Source: Escherichia phage vB_EcoM-P3322
DNA: 64,000 bases
Strand: one strand, 5' to 3'
Sequence record: PV191315.1
Positions 26,770 to 35,032 of the stretch are shown piece by piece. A program made the translations under genes and the position numbers. A model generated the notes under the pieces. The model saw nothing but the letters and a program-made list of their open reading frames with translations, was not told the DNA's origin and did no database searches. How positions within the stretch are numbered: position 1 is the stretch's first letter; each line of letters opens with the position of its first letter.

Positions 26770-27042
26770 TTAAAGCAAAAACGCTACATCTTGCGCTTTT
26801 AGTGTAGTATCAACCATTTTCGGGCTTTTATAATCAACAAAGCGCGCGGTTTTTTCAATAGCGAAACCGAGATAATCTTGCTTGTTGAAATTACATTCTT
26901 TCTTAAATGTTTCCCGTGCAATGGCAATCGCTGCGTCCAGGGATAAACGCCCGTCAATATTGATATTAGCGAAAGATCCGCCACCGCTCATAGGTTTACC
27001 AGTGGTGCCAGCTACGATCATTGTTGCGCTATATGATGCCAT
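26770..27042 (-). CDS. hypothetical protein
   Basis: 90-aa ORF. Confidence 0.5.
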   Translation of the reverse strand: MASYSATMIVAGTTGKPMSGGGSFANINIDGRLSLDAAIAIARETFKKECNFNKQDYLGFAIEKTARFVDYKSPKMVDTTLKAQDVAFLL

Positions 27043-27067
27043 GATGATAATCTCTCTTCTGTTACGA

Positions 27068-27126
27068 GCGGGAAACCACTTCCCGCCCTATGTGATACAT
27101 CTTATCAGGTTGTTGTTTGTTGTCAA
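27068..27126 (-). promoter_or_regulatory. promoter + 5' GC-hairpin module
   Basis: rc: TTGACA (27121-27126), TAAGAT-type -10, CACATAGGGCGGGAAGTGGTTTCCCGC. Confidence 0.55.
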
Positions 27127-27132
27127 TACTTT

Positions 27133-27330
27133 TTATTCTATCCCTGCAATTTGATTAACGCGCTTGCATTTTGTAGCGTGCTGGTCTTCTGTAATGACTC
27201 CCATTTCTAACAGGGAATCAATGAAAGATAAAACCGTTTCATGATCATCCTGGGGATGACTGAACTCAGTAAAACCGTTTACTATTACGTTGATTTGTCC
27301 AGCTTTCGCCACAATATGCAATGTTGCCAT
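27133..27330 (-). CDS. hypothetical protein
   Basis: 65-aa ORF; unusually long GC-rich 5' leader. Confidence 0.45.
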   Translation of the reverse strand: MATLHIVAKAGQINVIVNGFTEFSHPQDDHETVLSFIDSLLEMGVITEDQHATKCKRVNQIAGIE

Positions 27331-27603
27331 GATCTTAACTCCAGGTGATGAATGATGTTTTTTGTTGGTGGACGGTGGATTATGGAGATCCTCACCTTTG
27401 CCCGTCCTGCATTGCGCCCTCCTGTTGTTTATTGTCGTTGTGCCGCGCCCCCCTCGACAAGATGAATACTACGCTACCAGGCGAGGAACGTCAACCACTT
27501 TTTCAATCTTTTTTATTTTCTTTTTGCTTGCTATATATAAAGGAAAGGGCTATCATCTTTCTACCGCGCCAACCAGGGCGCACAACAAAGAAAGGGCGAC
27601 ACC

Positions 27604-27870
27604 ATGACAAATACTACATTACACCTTATGCACTCATTGGGCTGGCAAGGCGGCACGGTGCACCAGGTAGCAAGCGCAACGGGCTTAAAGGTTGAAACAG
27701 TTCTCAACCTGGGCGATCATAAGGTGGAAGAGATAGACCATTTTGATCCGTTCGCTGATGGTTATTTATGGGCTTGCAGTGGCGGCGGGGAAAGCAAGAT
27801 CCCACCAGGGGCGCGGGGCGATATGCATTTTTGGTTAGGTGTCCTTTCCTGGCAAGAAAACAAAAAATAA
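27604..27870 (+). CDS. hypothetical protein in GC-rich island (uncertain)
   Basis: 88-aa plus-strand ORF with AAGGG RBS and upstream TTGCTA-N17-TATCAT; GC content clearly above surroundings. Confidence 0.3.
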   Translation: MTNTTLHLMHSLGWQGGTVHQVASATGLKVETVLNLGDHKVEEIDHFDPFADGYLWACSGGGESKIPPGARGDMHFWLGVLSWQENKK

Positions 27871-27872
27871 TC

Positions 27873-27901
27873 TTGACAAGCCCAGGGATCGGGCTTATAC
27901 T
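27873..27901 (+). promoter_or_regulatory. strong sigma70-like promoter with operator-like palindrome in spacer
   Basis: TTGACA (27873-27878), 17-nt spacer AGCCCAGGGATCGGGCT, TATACT (27896-27901); GC-rich structured sequence follows, no convincing ORF. Confidence 0.5.
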
Positions 27902-28130
27902 GTTTTACATACAGAAGAGGAAGCGCCACCCCACGGCGTAAAGGCGGGGCTAACATACCAGGGCGCTGGTTGGAAGGTTGATCGCCGGTAGGCTGGGCGC
28001 TATATATTTGTAAAGAAATGTAAAGATAAAATAATCGCTTGCTTTCCTGGCTGGATCTGTTATTCTTATTACATGGCGAGGGGACACGGGAGCGCGAGAC
28101 AAACACCGCCCCTGCGCGTCATTCTCTAAA

Positions 28131-28202
28131 TGAGAATGATTATCATTTACCTTATCAAATAAGAATCAATCTCATTTATAAACCTAAATGCGAATCATTA
28201 TC
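28131..28202. promoter_or_regulatory. pair of Fur-box-like sites
   Basis: GAGAATGATTATCATTTAC and GCGAATCATTATCATTTGC match about 14-15 of 19 positions of GATAATGATAATCATTATC. Confidence 0.35.
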
Positions 28203-28253
28203 ATTTGCATTTCCATATGAGAACTCTTCTCATTCCCATCTGCATAAATTTTT

Positions 28254-28434
28254 GTAAACTTTAAATTTTGCTTTTGTACTTTCATTTTTGTAAAAGCAAA
28301 AAAACTTTAAATACTGTGGGCGCGCAAAATTTTTAAAATTTTCCTTGACTTTTGAGTTTTGTTTTGTATCTAACATTTTAAGATAATTTTCCTAAACTTT
28401 AAATTTTGGTTTTCAACTTTCACTTTTGTAAATT
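28254..28434. repeat. degenerate tandem direct repeat (~138-bp period), iteron-like
   Basis: TAAACTTTAAATTTTGCTTTTGTACTTTCATTTTTGTAAAAGC (28254-28296) vs TAAACTTTAAATTTTGGTTTTCAACTTTCACTTTTGTAAATTC (28392-28434); ATTTGAGATAAC repeated twice nearby. Confidence 0.6.
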
Positions 28435-28674
28435 CTTAAAAAGTTTAAATAATTTGAGGAATTTTTGAGATAACAAGTAGGGGTAATTTGAGATAACCTT
28501 TAATCTTATTGGCAGACCTTCAGGAACCCACCTAGATCGAATCCTAATGATGCAAACTGAAAAAGATAAGTGTTTGTATAGGACAAAATAATAGGCTCTC
28601 TACAGTGTTGTAGGAGCCTTATTTCTGTGCTACAAAGTGACACCTTTGTTCTAAAAATGAAAAAAGTTAAAATA

Positions 28675-29217
28675 TCACAAATATCGTCTTTGCGGTATTT
28701 TGTCTGGGAAAAGTATTTCGATCAGTTTGTTATGATATTTGCCTAAAAGATTCTGCCCTTTCCAGGTGGCAGGGTTTAGCACCCCTGGTTCATACATCCC
28801 CATTCCAATTCCGTAAACCTTATCGTAGGGGCTTGCTTCAACAAACGTTTTGTATTGGTAAAGGTGTAAGTCTGCATACAAATCTGGATTCTGTACATAT
28901 TTCAAGCATAAACCTCGCATAACAATACGCTCACGGTTCTCTTCCCATACGTTGTTATCAAAATCCGACACTGCCCTACCCATACGTTTGTAATAAGCTT
29001 GGATCTTCTCATCTTTCCGTATCAAACTATGAGTCAGAATAGCCTGTGCAGTGTTGTGGTCATTAAAAAGCAAAGCTTTACGCCACATCATGTATTGTTC
29101 GACACAATTAAATGTCTGATTGTAACCTGGTTCGGTTTCTGTAAAGGGTGCAATATACCAATTACTAAAAACATCTTTATGTGAAAAGAAGAATACATAT
29201 TCGTCAGTTATTCTCAT
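28675..29217 (-). CDS. NADAR-domain protein (YbiA-like, DUF1768)
   Basis: FSNWY...P, EQYMMWRKALLF, ILTHS, MGRAV, NVWEENRERIVMRGLCLKYVQNPDL, GIGMG...GQNLLGKYHNKLIE follow the NADAR motif order. Confidence 0.75.
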   Translation of the reverse strand: MRITDEYVFFFSHKDVFSNWYIAPFTETEPGYNQTFNCVEQYMMWRKALLFNDHNTAQAILTHSLIRKDEKIQAYYKRMGRAVSDFDNNVWEENRERIVMRGLCLKYVQNPDLYADLHLYQYKTFVEASPYDKVYGIGMGMYEPGVLNPATWKGQNLLGKYHNKLIEILFPDKIPQRRYL

Positions 29218-29429
29218 TTTTTCATACCTTCTAAGACTTTAGCTTGCCCGTCTTGAAAAGCTTTCATCAGAACTATCTTAAGATTGACTTCCAAGCGTTC
29301 TTCATCCTCTTTATAACAATCCAACACTGCTTTAAGTTCATCATAGTGGTTCAGAATAGGTTTAAAGATTTCATGATCTGCTAAACGTGCCATAGTTTCT
29401 CCTTTGTTAATCCATCCACCAGTAGCCAT
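29214..29429 (-). CDS. hypothetical protein
   Basis: 71-aa ORF, start/stop overlap with neighbours. Confidence 0.45.
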   Translation of the reverse strand: MATGGWINKGETMARLADHEIFKPILNHYDELKAVLDCYKEDEERLEVNLKIVLMKAFQDGQAKVLEGMKK

Positions 29430-29772
29430 AAACTGCGTCTGCGTCGATTAGTTTGTGTTTGTTGTTCCGCATGTAGTCTAAGATAAGTAGGCGTTTATTG
29501 TATCTGGAGAGATTATGACCCTCTTTTCCGCCATAGTCAAAATATTTTGCAAGATCTTTGCACTCAAACAAAATTAGTTCGGGAGTTTCTTCACACTGGT
29601 CTGTCTGGTACACTTGACGAATGATCATGTATACATCGTCGTCTTCCGCTAAATGCTCTACTGGTCCACATCCAGCAGGAACAAATTCATAGTCCCATCT
29701 GATCAGATGTTTCTCTACTGCTTCAAAGAAGTCCATTCTTTCGTTGCGCATAATTTGAACGTCAACTAACAT
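29407..29772 (-). CDS. hypothetical protein
   Basis: 121-aa ORF. Confidence 0.5.
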   Translation of the reverse strand: MLVDVQIMRNERMDFFEAVEKHLIRWDYEFVPAGCGPVEHLAEDDDVYMIIRQVYQTDQCEETPELILFECKDLAKYFDYGGKEGHNLSRYNKRLLILDYMRNNKHKLIDADAVYGYWWMD

Positions 29773-30764
29773 GTTTCCTCCTGTAATGTTCCACCATAAA
29801 GTTTATAAATGTTTTGTATTGAGGCCATGCAAGATAACTCTACTGTTTCTGTGTAGCCATCTGGCATAGAATATTTGCTCACTGCTTCCGTGTGAAGGAC
29901 ACGCTTACAACGCTTTTCTGCATCTTTGCATTGCTTCACAGTAGGGAAGTGCCACACTTGGCTCTGTTTCATAGTAAACACATTATGACTATTTTGTTCT
30001 TTGATACGGCGATCACTACTATTGGCAATACCAAACTTCAAAGCACAGAGAAGATTTTGTTCATCGTAGATATAGTTGATGTATGCCTGTTGTTGTGTAT
30101 GCCCTTTACACTTCGGACAACCACGCCCCTTATGTAATAAGTGGTCAGCATTCCCTATTTGCTCCCCGTGATCCTTACATCCATATTTAAACTCTCCTGT
30201 TGAGGAAGGTTTACTAATCCACTCTATCCAGATATATCCTTTACTTTCTAAACCTTTTCTCACCTTGTAAGTGATCTGATCTTTTGTATAACGGTAAACT
30301 CTAGTACAACGACAAGGGATAATCCCTTTTTTAAGATCGTTCCCTGCAATGTAAAATTTACCATCACACACTCCTGCTTGTACGTATTCATCATGAGAAC
30401 AAACAGGACATTCAACCATCCAGAGAATATGACTCCCTTTACGTTTGCCTGTATTGGTGAAAATGGTACCAGGTTTAAACTTTCCTGTGTTAATGAAATC
30501 TTTTATGTGCTGATCGTCTGTCTTACCTCCTTTCCCAAATCCTTTCCCAATTGCACAGACAGGACAACCAGCACGACCAGTTTTAAAGTTTTTAAATGTT
30601 GTAGTGTTCCATTCATGAGCATACTGACAACGATTGATCATTTTCGTGTGTTGTCCTGTAAACGGCTCAACAATTCCAATAATCTCAATCCCTTTAGCAG
30701 CAGCAATAGGTTGACACTCTTCAATATATTGTTCAATACTCTTCTTTACTGGCATATCTAACAA
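29766..30764 (-). CDS. Cys-rich protein with repeated zinc-ribbon/HNH-like modules
   Basis: Three repeats of C-x2-H ... G-x-G-C-P-x-C (CQYAHEW...GCPVCA; CPVCSHD...PCRC; CKDHGEQIGNADHLLHKGRGCPKCKG). Confidence 0.6.
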   Translation of the reverse strand: MLDMPVKKSIEQYIEECQPIAAAKGIEIIGIVEPFTGQHTKMINRCQYAHEWNTTTFKNFKTGRAGCPVCAIGKGFGKGGKTDDQHIKDFINTGKFKPGTIFTNTGKRKGSHILWMVECPVCSHDEYVQAGVCDGKFYIAGNDLKKGIIPCRCTRVYRYTKDQITYKVRKGLESKGYIWIEWISKPSSTGEFKYGCKDHGEQIGNADHLLHKGRGCPKCKGHTQQQAYINYIYDEQNLLCALKFGIANSSDRRIKEQNSHNVFTMKQSQVWHFPTVKQCKDAEKRCKRVLHTEAVSKYSMPDGYTETVELSCMASIQNIYKLYGGTLQEETC

Positions 30765-30792
30765 TTATCTCCCTGTTAAACTGAAATCAATA

Positions 30793-30817
30793 TAACAAAA
30801 CCCGCCGAAGCGGGTTT
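30793..30817 (-). terminator. bidirectional intrinsic terminator
   Basis: AAACCCGCCGAAGCGGGTTT hairpin; on minus strand followed by TTTTGTTATA; 17 nt after ATPase stop. Confidence 0.6.
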
Positions 30818-30833
30818 AGCTATTTGTGCTGTA

Positions 30834-31973
30834 TCAGAATACGCTACCCAGGGTAGTGGAACGTTGTGTTACAGGCTCCAGCACCACTCGCAGAGTGTTT
30901 CCTGGTGTAGTGCTCATAACCAGAATCTTACCACCTTCAATCAGATCACAAGTTAGACCATCAGCCGTTGCACATAGATCAATATGTGGATCACCATCTT
31001 CATCCAGGATAACATAACTGTTGGTTTCCATTGCTTCCACTTCATCATCTTTCAAACTTTGTAGATAGATGTTCAGGGAACAAGCACCCGACAAAAACTT
31101 AGTAGGGGTGAAGTCGTGCCAGTTATTGATCCAATTCACCTTCAGCGTTTTGCCATTAGCTACGATAGAAGCCACATTCCATTTAGCATCGTTGCCTAAA
31201 GAAATACCCATCATTTCAAGACATTCTTTAAAAGTCATTTTTGGATAGAAATTCAATTCTTCTACAATACCTTGAATAACATCGAAAGACAACTCTGTGC
31301 TAACATCCCATAAACGTTGGAAGTTATCTACGTGTTTTTTATTTACCAAGTTCTTATCCAAGTAATCTAACATAGTTTCACTAGACAGTTTATCGTAATT
31401 GAAACTGTAATAGATACGACTAGGACGGTTTACAAAATATTCCGAGATATAACCACTATTTTTAGTTAGGATGTAAAGTTTATTCCCACTTCCTGTTCCA
31501 TCCAACAAGGTCAACAGTGCTTCCTGATCTTCTTTCTTAGCGTACACTTTATCAAATTCGTCAAATAAAACAACAGCACGATCTGTAATTTTACTCATAA
31601 ATTCTAAGAAGCCAGCATCTGTGTAAGGCTGTGTAACCAAAATGGTTGGAATACCTAAACCTTCTGTGGACATTAGGGACATGCTAATTAGTTTAGCTAA
31701 CATCGTCTTACCACTGCCTTTTGTGCCTGTCAGTAACACCCCAGTATTTTTACCTTCTTTACTACGACGAGCAAATGTTTTAATAACATGTGCGGCGCGG
31801 TCTTTAGTTTCCCCATAAAGAGTGTTCGGAAGAGAGAAACTTTCGCCACGCACTAAAGAGTAGTTACCGTGCGGATCGCAGTTGACAACCCAAACTCCAG
31901 CAGGAAGTTTATTAGCTTCAACACCATATTCCTTATTTACAACAGCCACATCTCCAAAAATAGTGTATTTCAT
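30834..31973 (-). CDS. AAA-family ATPase
   Basis: Walker A LLTGTKGSGKT, Walker B VVLFDEFDK, sensor-1 LYILTKN, arginine-finger-like FVNRPSRIYYSF. Confidence 0.75.
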   Translation of the reverse strand: MKYTIFGDVAVVNKEYGVEANKLPAGVWVVNCDPHGNYSLVRGESFSLPNTLYGETKDRAAHVIKTFARRSKEGKNTGVLLTGTKGSGKTMLAKLISMSLMSTEGLGIPTILVTQPYTDAGFLEFMSKITDRAVVLFDEFDKVYAKKEDQEALLTLLDGTGSGNKLYILTKNSGYISEYFVNRPSRIYYSFNYDKLSSETMLDYLDKNLVNKKHVDNFQRLWDVSTELSFDVIQGIVEELNFYPKMTFKECLEMMGISLGNDAKWNVASIVANGKTLKVNWINNWHDFTPTKFLSGACSLNIYLQSLKDDEVEAMETNSYVILDEDGDPHIDLCATADGLTCDLIEGGKILVMSTTPGNTLRVVLEPVTQRSTTLGSVF

Positions 31974-32329
31974 TAGAACGTTTCTCCTTTTAAAATAATT
32001 ACTGTAAACTTTGCAGTTTTTTCACTCTTAATATTCTTGACTAATAAGTATTCTCCTCCAGGGGCATCTTTATACTGTTTAATAGCTACTATTTCATTTT
32101 TGCAAGTGGCTATAATCGAATAAAAAGGACGTTCCGTGTTATCTTCTTTTCCTGTATATGCCTCAACATCTTTACACTCTTCTAGAACACCATTTCCAGG
32201 TGTATAGTAAAACTTGTTGCCTGTGATCACAACATCTTTACCAATATCTGTTTTAACTGCTACAAATTTTTGAGCGTAAGTGGTGAAGCTTACGGTAGCC
32301 AGCAATGTGGCTAAGATTAATTTTTTCAT
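31973..32329 (-). CDS. secreted protein
   Basis: Start at internal ATG (rc 32327-32329) with GAGGGA RBS; signal peptide MKKLILATLLATVSFTTYA. Confidence 0.55.
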   Translation of the reverse strand: MKKLILATLLATVSFTTYAQKFVAVKTDIGKDVVITGNKFYYTPGNGVLEECKDVEAYTGKEDNTERPFYSIIATCKNEIVAIKQYKDAPGGEYLLVKNIKSEKTAKFTVIILKGETF

Positions 32330-32340
32330 AAACTTCCCTC

Positions 32341-32505
32341 CTATTCCCACAACATACAAATCGCAGCGACAAACATATTAGCAATAGCCGCACCAAGAAC
32401 TATAAACATCGCCAGTTCAGAACAATATTCACCAACCAGAGGGGATACTATTGCACAAAGTAGTCCCAATGTCAAACACAAGTTGATGATGAAGTTTAAA
32501 ATCAT
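32341..32505 (-). CDS. small membrane peptide
   Basis: 54-aa hydrophobic ORF with AAGGAGAG RBS. Confidence 0.35.
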   Translation of the reverse strand: MILNFIINLCLTLGLLCAIVSPLVGEYCSELAMFIVLGAAIANMFVAAICMLWE

Positions 32506-32514
32506 ATTCTCTCC

Positions 32515-32706
32515 TTACAACCAACCCTTTGCCTGGTAGCCTTTAGAAAATCCATCTTCCCATTCTTCGAATTCCTTTTTGTGTGTCTTTGGACAATATG
32601 GATTTACTTTATTAAACATACCAAACTTGAACCCTGCGGTATACCCCTTCTTAAAAGCTATTGATTCTAAAGAGATCATATTCTTTCTCCTCTTAGAATT
32701 CGACAA
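32515..32706 (-). CDS. hypothetical protein
   Basis: 63-aa ORF. Confidence 0.45.
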   Translation of the reverse strand: MSNSKRRKNMISLESIAFKKGYTAGFKFGMFNKVNPYCPKTHKKEFEEWEDGFSKGYQAKGWL

Positions 32707-32944
32707 TGATTTTGTCTAAGTGTTCTGCTTCAACTTGGGATAATGTTAACACCTGCACCAAACCTCTGTCAATGCCTAATTTGATCACTTGCAAATAATC
32801 ACCGAAAAGATCAGAGATTTCAATCTGGTGTTCAGTAACCACCACGACCTCGTTACCCTTGGTATACTCTCTCCAGATTCGTCCACACTTGTAAATGAAA
32901 TCTTTCTGGTCTTCACTGATCATCTTAGGCTTAACGCTTAACAT
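32693..32944 (-). CDS. hypothetical protein
   Basis: 83-aa ORF. Confidence 0.45.
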   Translation of the reverse strand: MLSVKPKMISEDQKDFIYKCGRIWREYTKGNEVVVVTEHQIEISDLFGDYLQVIKLGIDRGLVQVLTLSQVEAEHLDKIIVEF

Positions 32945-33300
32945 TACATACTCCCGTATTCTGGTTCAATATTATGTTTACGACAAATGGTATCCCAACG
33001 TTCATTACCAAAACTTCTTCCATGTAGAGCGTTAAATGCGAAATGCTCTGCCAACCACAATACTACATCATCAGGATCTGTGTCAAGAGGAATTCTAAAC
33101 TCTCGATCATAACGCATACGCAGAATAAAATCCTTATCATCTTCAAGGAGATACATGTGACTTTTAGCCCGTGATGCCAAATCAAAGAAAGGAGACTCAT
33201 CTTTCCAAACGTGACGCTCAACTTCAACACCATGATCAACTACCAGAGTAGCGATTACCTCTCTCATTTCTTTACTAAACATATTACCTCCATTAACCAA
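32944..33300 (-). CDS. hypothetical protein
   Basis: 118-aa ORF. Confidence 0.5.
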   Translation of the reverse strand: MVNGGNMFSKEMREVIATLVVDHGVEVERHVWKDESPFFDLASRAKSHMYLLEDDKDFILRMRYDREFRIPLDTDPDDVVLWLAEHFAFNALHGRSFGNERWDTICRKHNIEPEYGSM

Positions 33301-33481
33301 TTAGTTCAACCGATTTGCAAATGTAAATCCAAACTGGAGTGAGCATAAGAGCTGTACCGAATACACAATTCCACTTAATTCCCATTTCCTCTATTAGAGA
33401 CATGATTAAGCCAACAGCACTAATAATCAGATAGATCCCTAAGAAAGCCATTGTGAAGAATTCAGACATATTTAGCTCCAA
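33293..33481 (-). CDS. small membrane protein
   Basis: 62 aa, two hydrophobic segments. Confidence 0.45.
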   Translation of the reverse strand: MELNMSEFFTMAFLGIYLIISAVGLIMSLIEEMGIKWNCVFGTALMLTPVWIYICKSVELIG

Positions 33482-33828
33482 AGATTATCAAAATAACTAG
33501 CGAATAAAAGACGGCCCTCTAATCGTGCCTTCCTTTGATCTTCAGCATACACGATTTCTGGATTACCACTATCAATAAAAGCATTCTCCATCTTTTCTAA
33601 AATATTTAACCACTCTCTTCTACCTGTCTCCTCTTCTTCATCTGTATACGGCGCACTTCTATTTGGATACAAAACACGCATCAGTTTAGTGGGGATCATG
33701 ACAAACGTGCTATTGTTTGCCTTCTCACGGAAGGCTTTAATTCCTGCATAGATTACCTTCCCCAAAGCTGCATCCAAATCCATCAGGTCACTTTCTTCTA
33801 TTTGAATTTCATCGTGTACAATTTTCAT
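33472..33828 (-). CDS. hypothetical protein
   Basis: 118-aa ORF. Confidence 0.5.
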   Translation of the reverse strand: MKIVHDEIQIEESDLMDLDAALGKVIYAGIKAFREKANNSTFVMIPTKLMRVLYPNRSAPYTDEEEETGRREWLNILEKMENAFIDSGNPEIVYAEDQRKARLEGRLLFASYFDNLWS

Positions 33829-34112
33829 CGTGCCTTCTCCCGATCTGCATCTAATTTCAACAAGAAAGCTGTATACTCTTCCGAACCTTGGTGTAAAAAC
33901 ATGTGATAAGAGCTTACCAGTTTCTTCGTTGTCGTATAACGTTCCATTTCCCCAACAACACCTCCACCTAGTGTGTAGAGCACAATACCTTCAACTCCAA
34001 CATAGGTTACTACTTCAACCAAATCTGTGTTATCCCAATAGTAGTTAGGTGACACAATAAGATCGCCCACTGCCAGTTTAATGTTTGCTACTTCATCTTG
34101 TGAATAATACAT
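33825..34112 (-). CDS. hypothetical protein
   Basis: Start at internal ATG (rc 34110-34112) with GAGAGGAGAA RBS. Confidence 0.45.
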   Translation of the reverse strand: MYYSQDEVANIKLAVGDLIVSPNYYWDNTDLVEVVTYVGVEGIVLYTLGGGVVGEMERYTTTKKLVSSYHMFLHQGSEEYTAFLLKLDADREKAR

Positions 34113-34149
34113 TTGGTTCTCCTCTCTTAATTGATGGAAATAGTATACC

Positions 34150-34641
34150 TTACCACATAATCTCGCGCAACTCTTTTTCTTCTTTAAAATTACGCAAGTT
34201 TTCCAGTGCACGGTTTAGGTCTTCTTCCGTCTCTGCTTTCTGGACTTTTTCCATCATTTTCGCAACAATATTTTTCTTAACTTGCAAATCTGGAACAGGC
34301 ATACGTTTTTCCATTTCATAAACTTCTCGTTTATGACGTTCCTCCATCTCTGCTTTTTCTTTTACCCAATCCGCCTCGTCCATTGCACCTTTGCAGACAC
34401 AAGTGTAACCTTTAATAGTATAATCACCATGTTCAATACCAGGTTGAAGAGCTAAGGCTTCATTACCACAATACGCGCACAACGGACGACCCGGCATTTT
34501 CAAAGTTTTGGTAGCCTTAGCGCCACATTGACTATCCCAGCTTGTTTTATAACTGGAACCATCATCTCCGTGAGAACGACCGACTAAGAAGTTACGGAAG
34601 AAGCCAGTAGCACGTTCGTCGATGTAGTCAGGGTAAGCCAT
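34150..34641 (-). CDS. hypothetical Cys-containing protein
   Basis: 163 aa; CAYCGN...CVCKG cysteine pairs. Confidence 0.55.
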   Translation of the reverse strand: MAYPDYIDERATGFFRNFLVGRSHGDDGSSYKTSWDSQCGAKATKTLKMPGRPLCAYCGNEALALQPGIEHGDYTIKGYTCVCKGAMDEADWVKEKAEMEERHKREVYEMEKRMPVPDLQVKKNIVAKMMEKVQKAETEEDLNRALENLRNFKEEKELREIMW

Positions 34642-34654
34642 TGTATTTCTCCTT

Positions 34655-34948
34655 TCACATTAAGACACGTTTTGTGTCGATGGGTGCATTATCAAACATG
34701 TTAAGAACATTGTCAAGCAGTTTTACTAATTCGTTTGTAATTTGTTCCTTTGAACGGGAGGAAGTGAGCACTTTGCTTTCACCAACAATATGCATAACTT
34801 TTATAGGAGCGTCTAAAATGATGTTGTGCTGACGATCCTCTTCAAAAGAAGCCAACCATTTCTCATTGTTACCGTGCAAGGCTACAATCACACCAAAACC
34901 GTTAATTGTTTCAGAAATATTCTTAGTTGCTAAAGTAATGTTCATCAT
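34655..34948 (-). CDS. hypothetical protein (first gene of minus-strand arm)
   Basis: 97-aa ORF next to divergent promoter region. Confidence 0.5.
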   Translation of the reverse strand: MMNITLATKNISETINGFGVIVALHGNNEKWLASFEEDRQHNIILDAPIKVMHIVGESKVLTSSRSKEQITNELVKLLDNVLNMFDNAPIDTKRVLM

Positions 34949-34980
34949 CTACCTCTCTTGTTAATGTTCATACATGATAC

Positions 34981-34996
34981 CTGAAAATAATTTCAG
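34981..34996. promoter_or_regulatory. perfect palindrome (operator-like) in divergent promoter region
   Basis: CTGAAA-ATAA-TTTCAG, 6-bp arms, between the minus- and plus-arm promoters. Confidence 0.4.
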
Positions 34997-35004
34997 ATCA
35001 AGTA

Positions 35005-35032
35005 TTGACATACTTTTTAATCTTGTTAAGAT
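35005..35032 (+). promoter_or_regulatory. sigma70-like promoter of plus-strand arm
   Basis: TTGACA (35005-35010), 16-nt spacer, TAAGAT (35027-35032); RBS AAAAGGAGAAAA and ATG 35063 follow. Confidence 0.6.

Noticed and set aside
17688-27126. Repeated GC hairpins as a CRISPR array or as intrinsic terminators
   Set aside because: Copies are 300-600 bp apart with genes between them, not short regular spacers; each sits after a -10 element and before an RBS, with no U-tract in the sense orientation.
27345-27695. Plus-strand ORFs over the leader of gene 27133-27330
   Set aside because: Overlap the long GC-rich 5' leader of the minus-strand gene; Cys/Pro-rich artefact translations.
27762-28106. 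Minus-strand 114-aa Pro/Ser-rich ORF in the GC-rich island
   Set aside because: Composition-driven ORF with no RBS; region is better explained by the plus-strand promoter and structured sequence.
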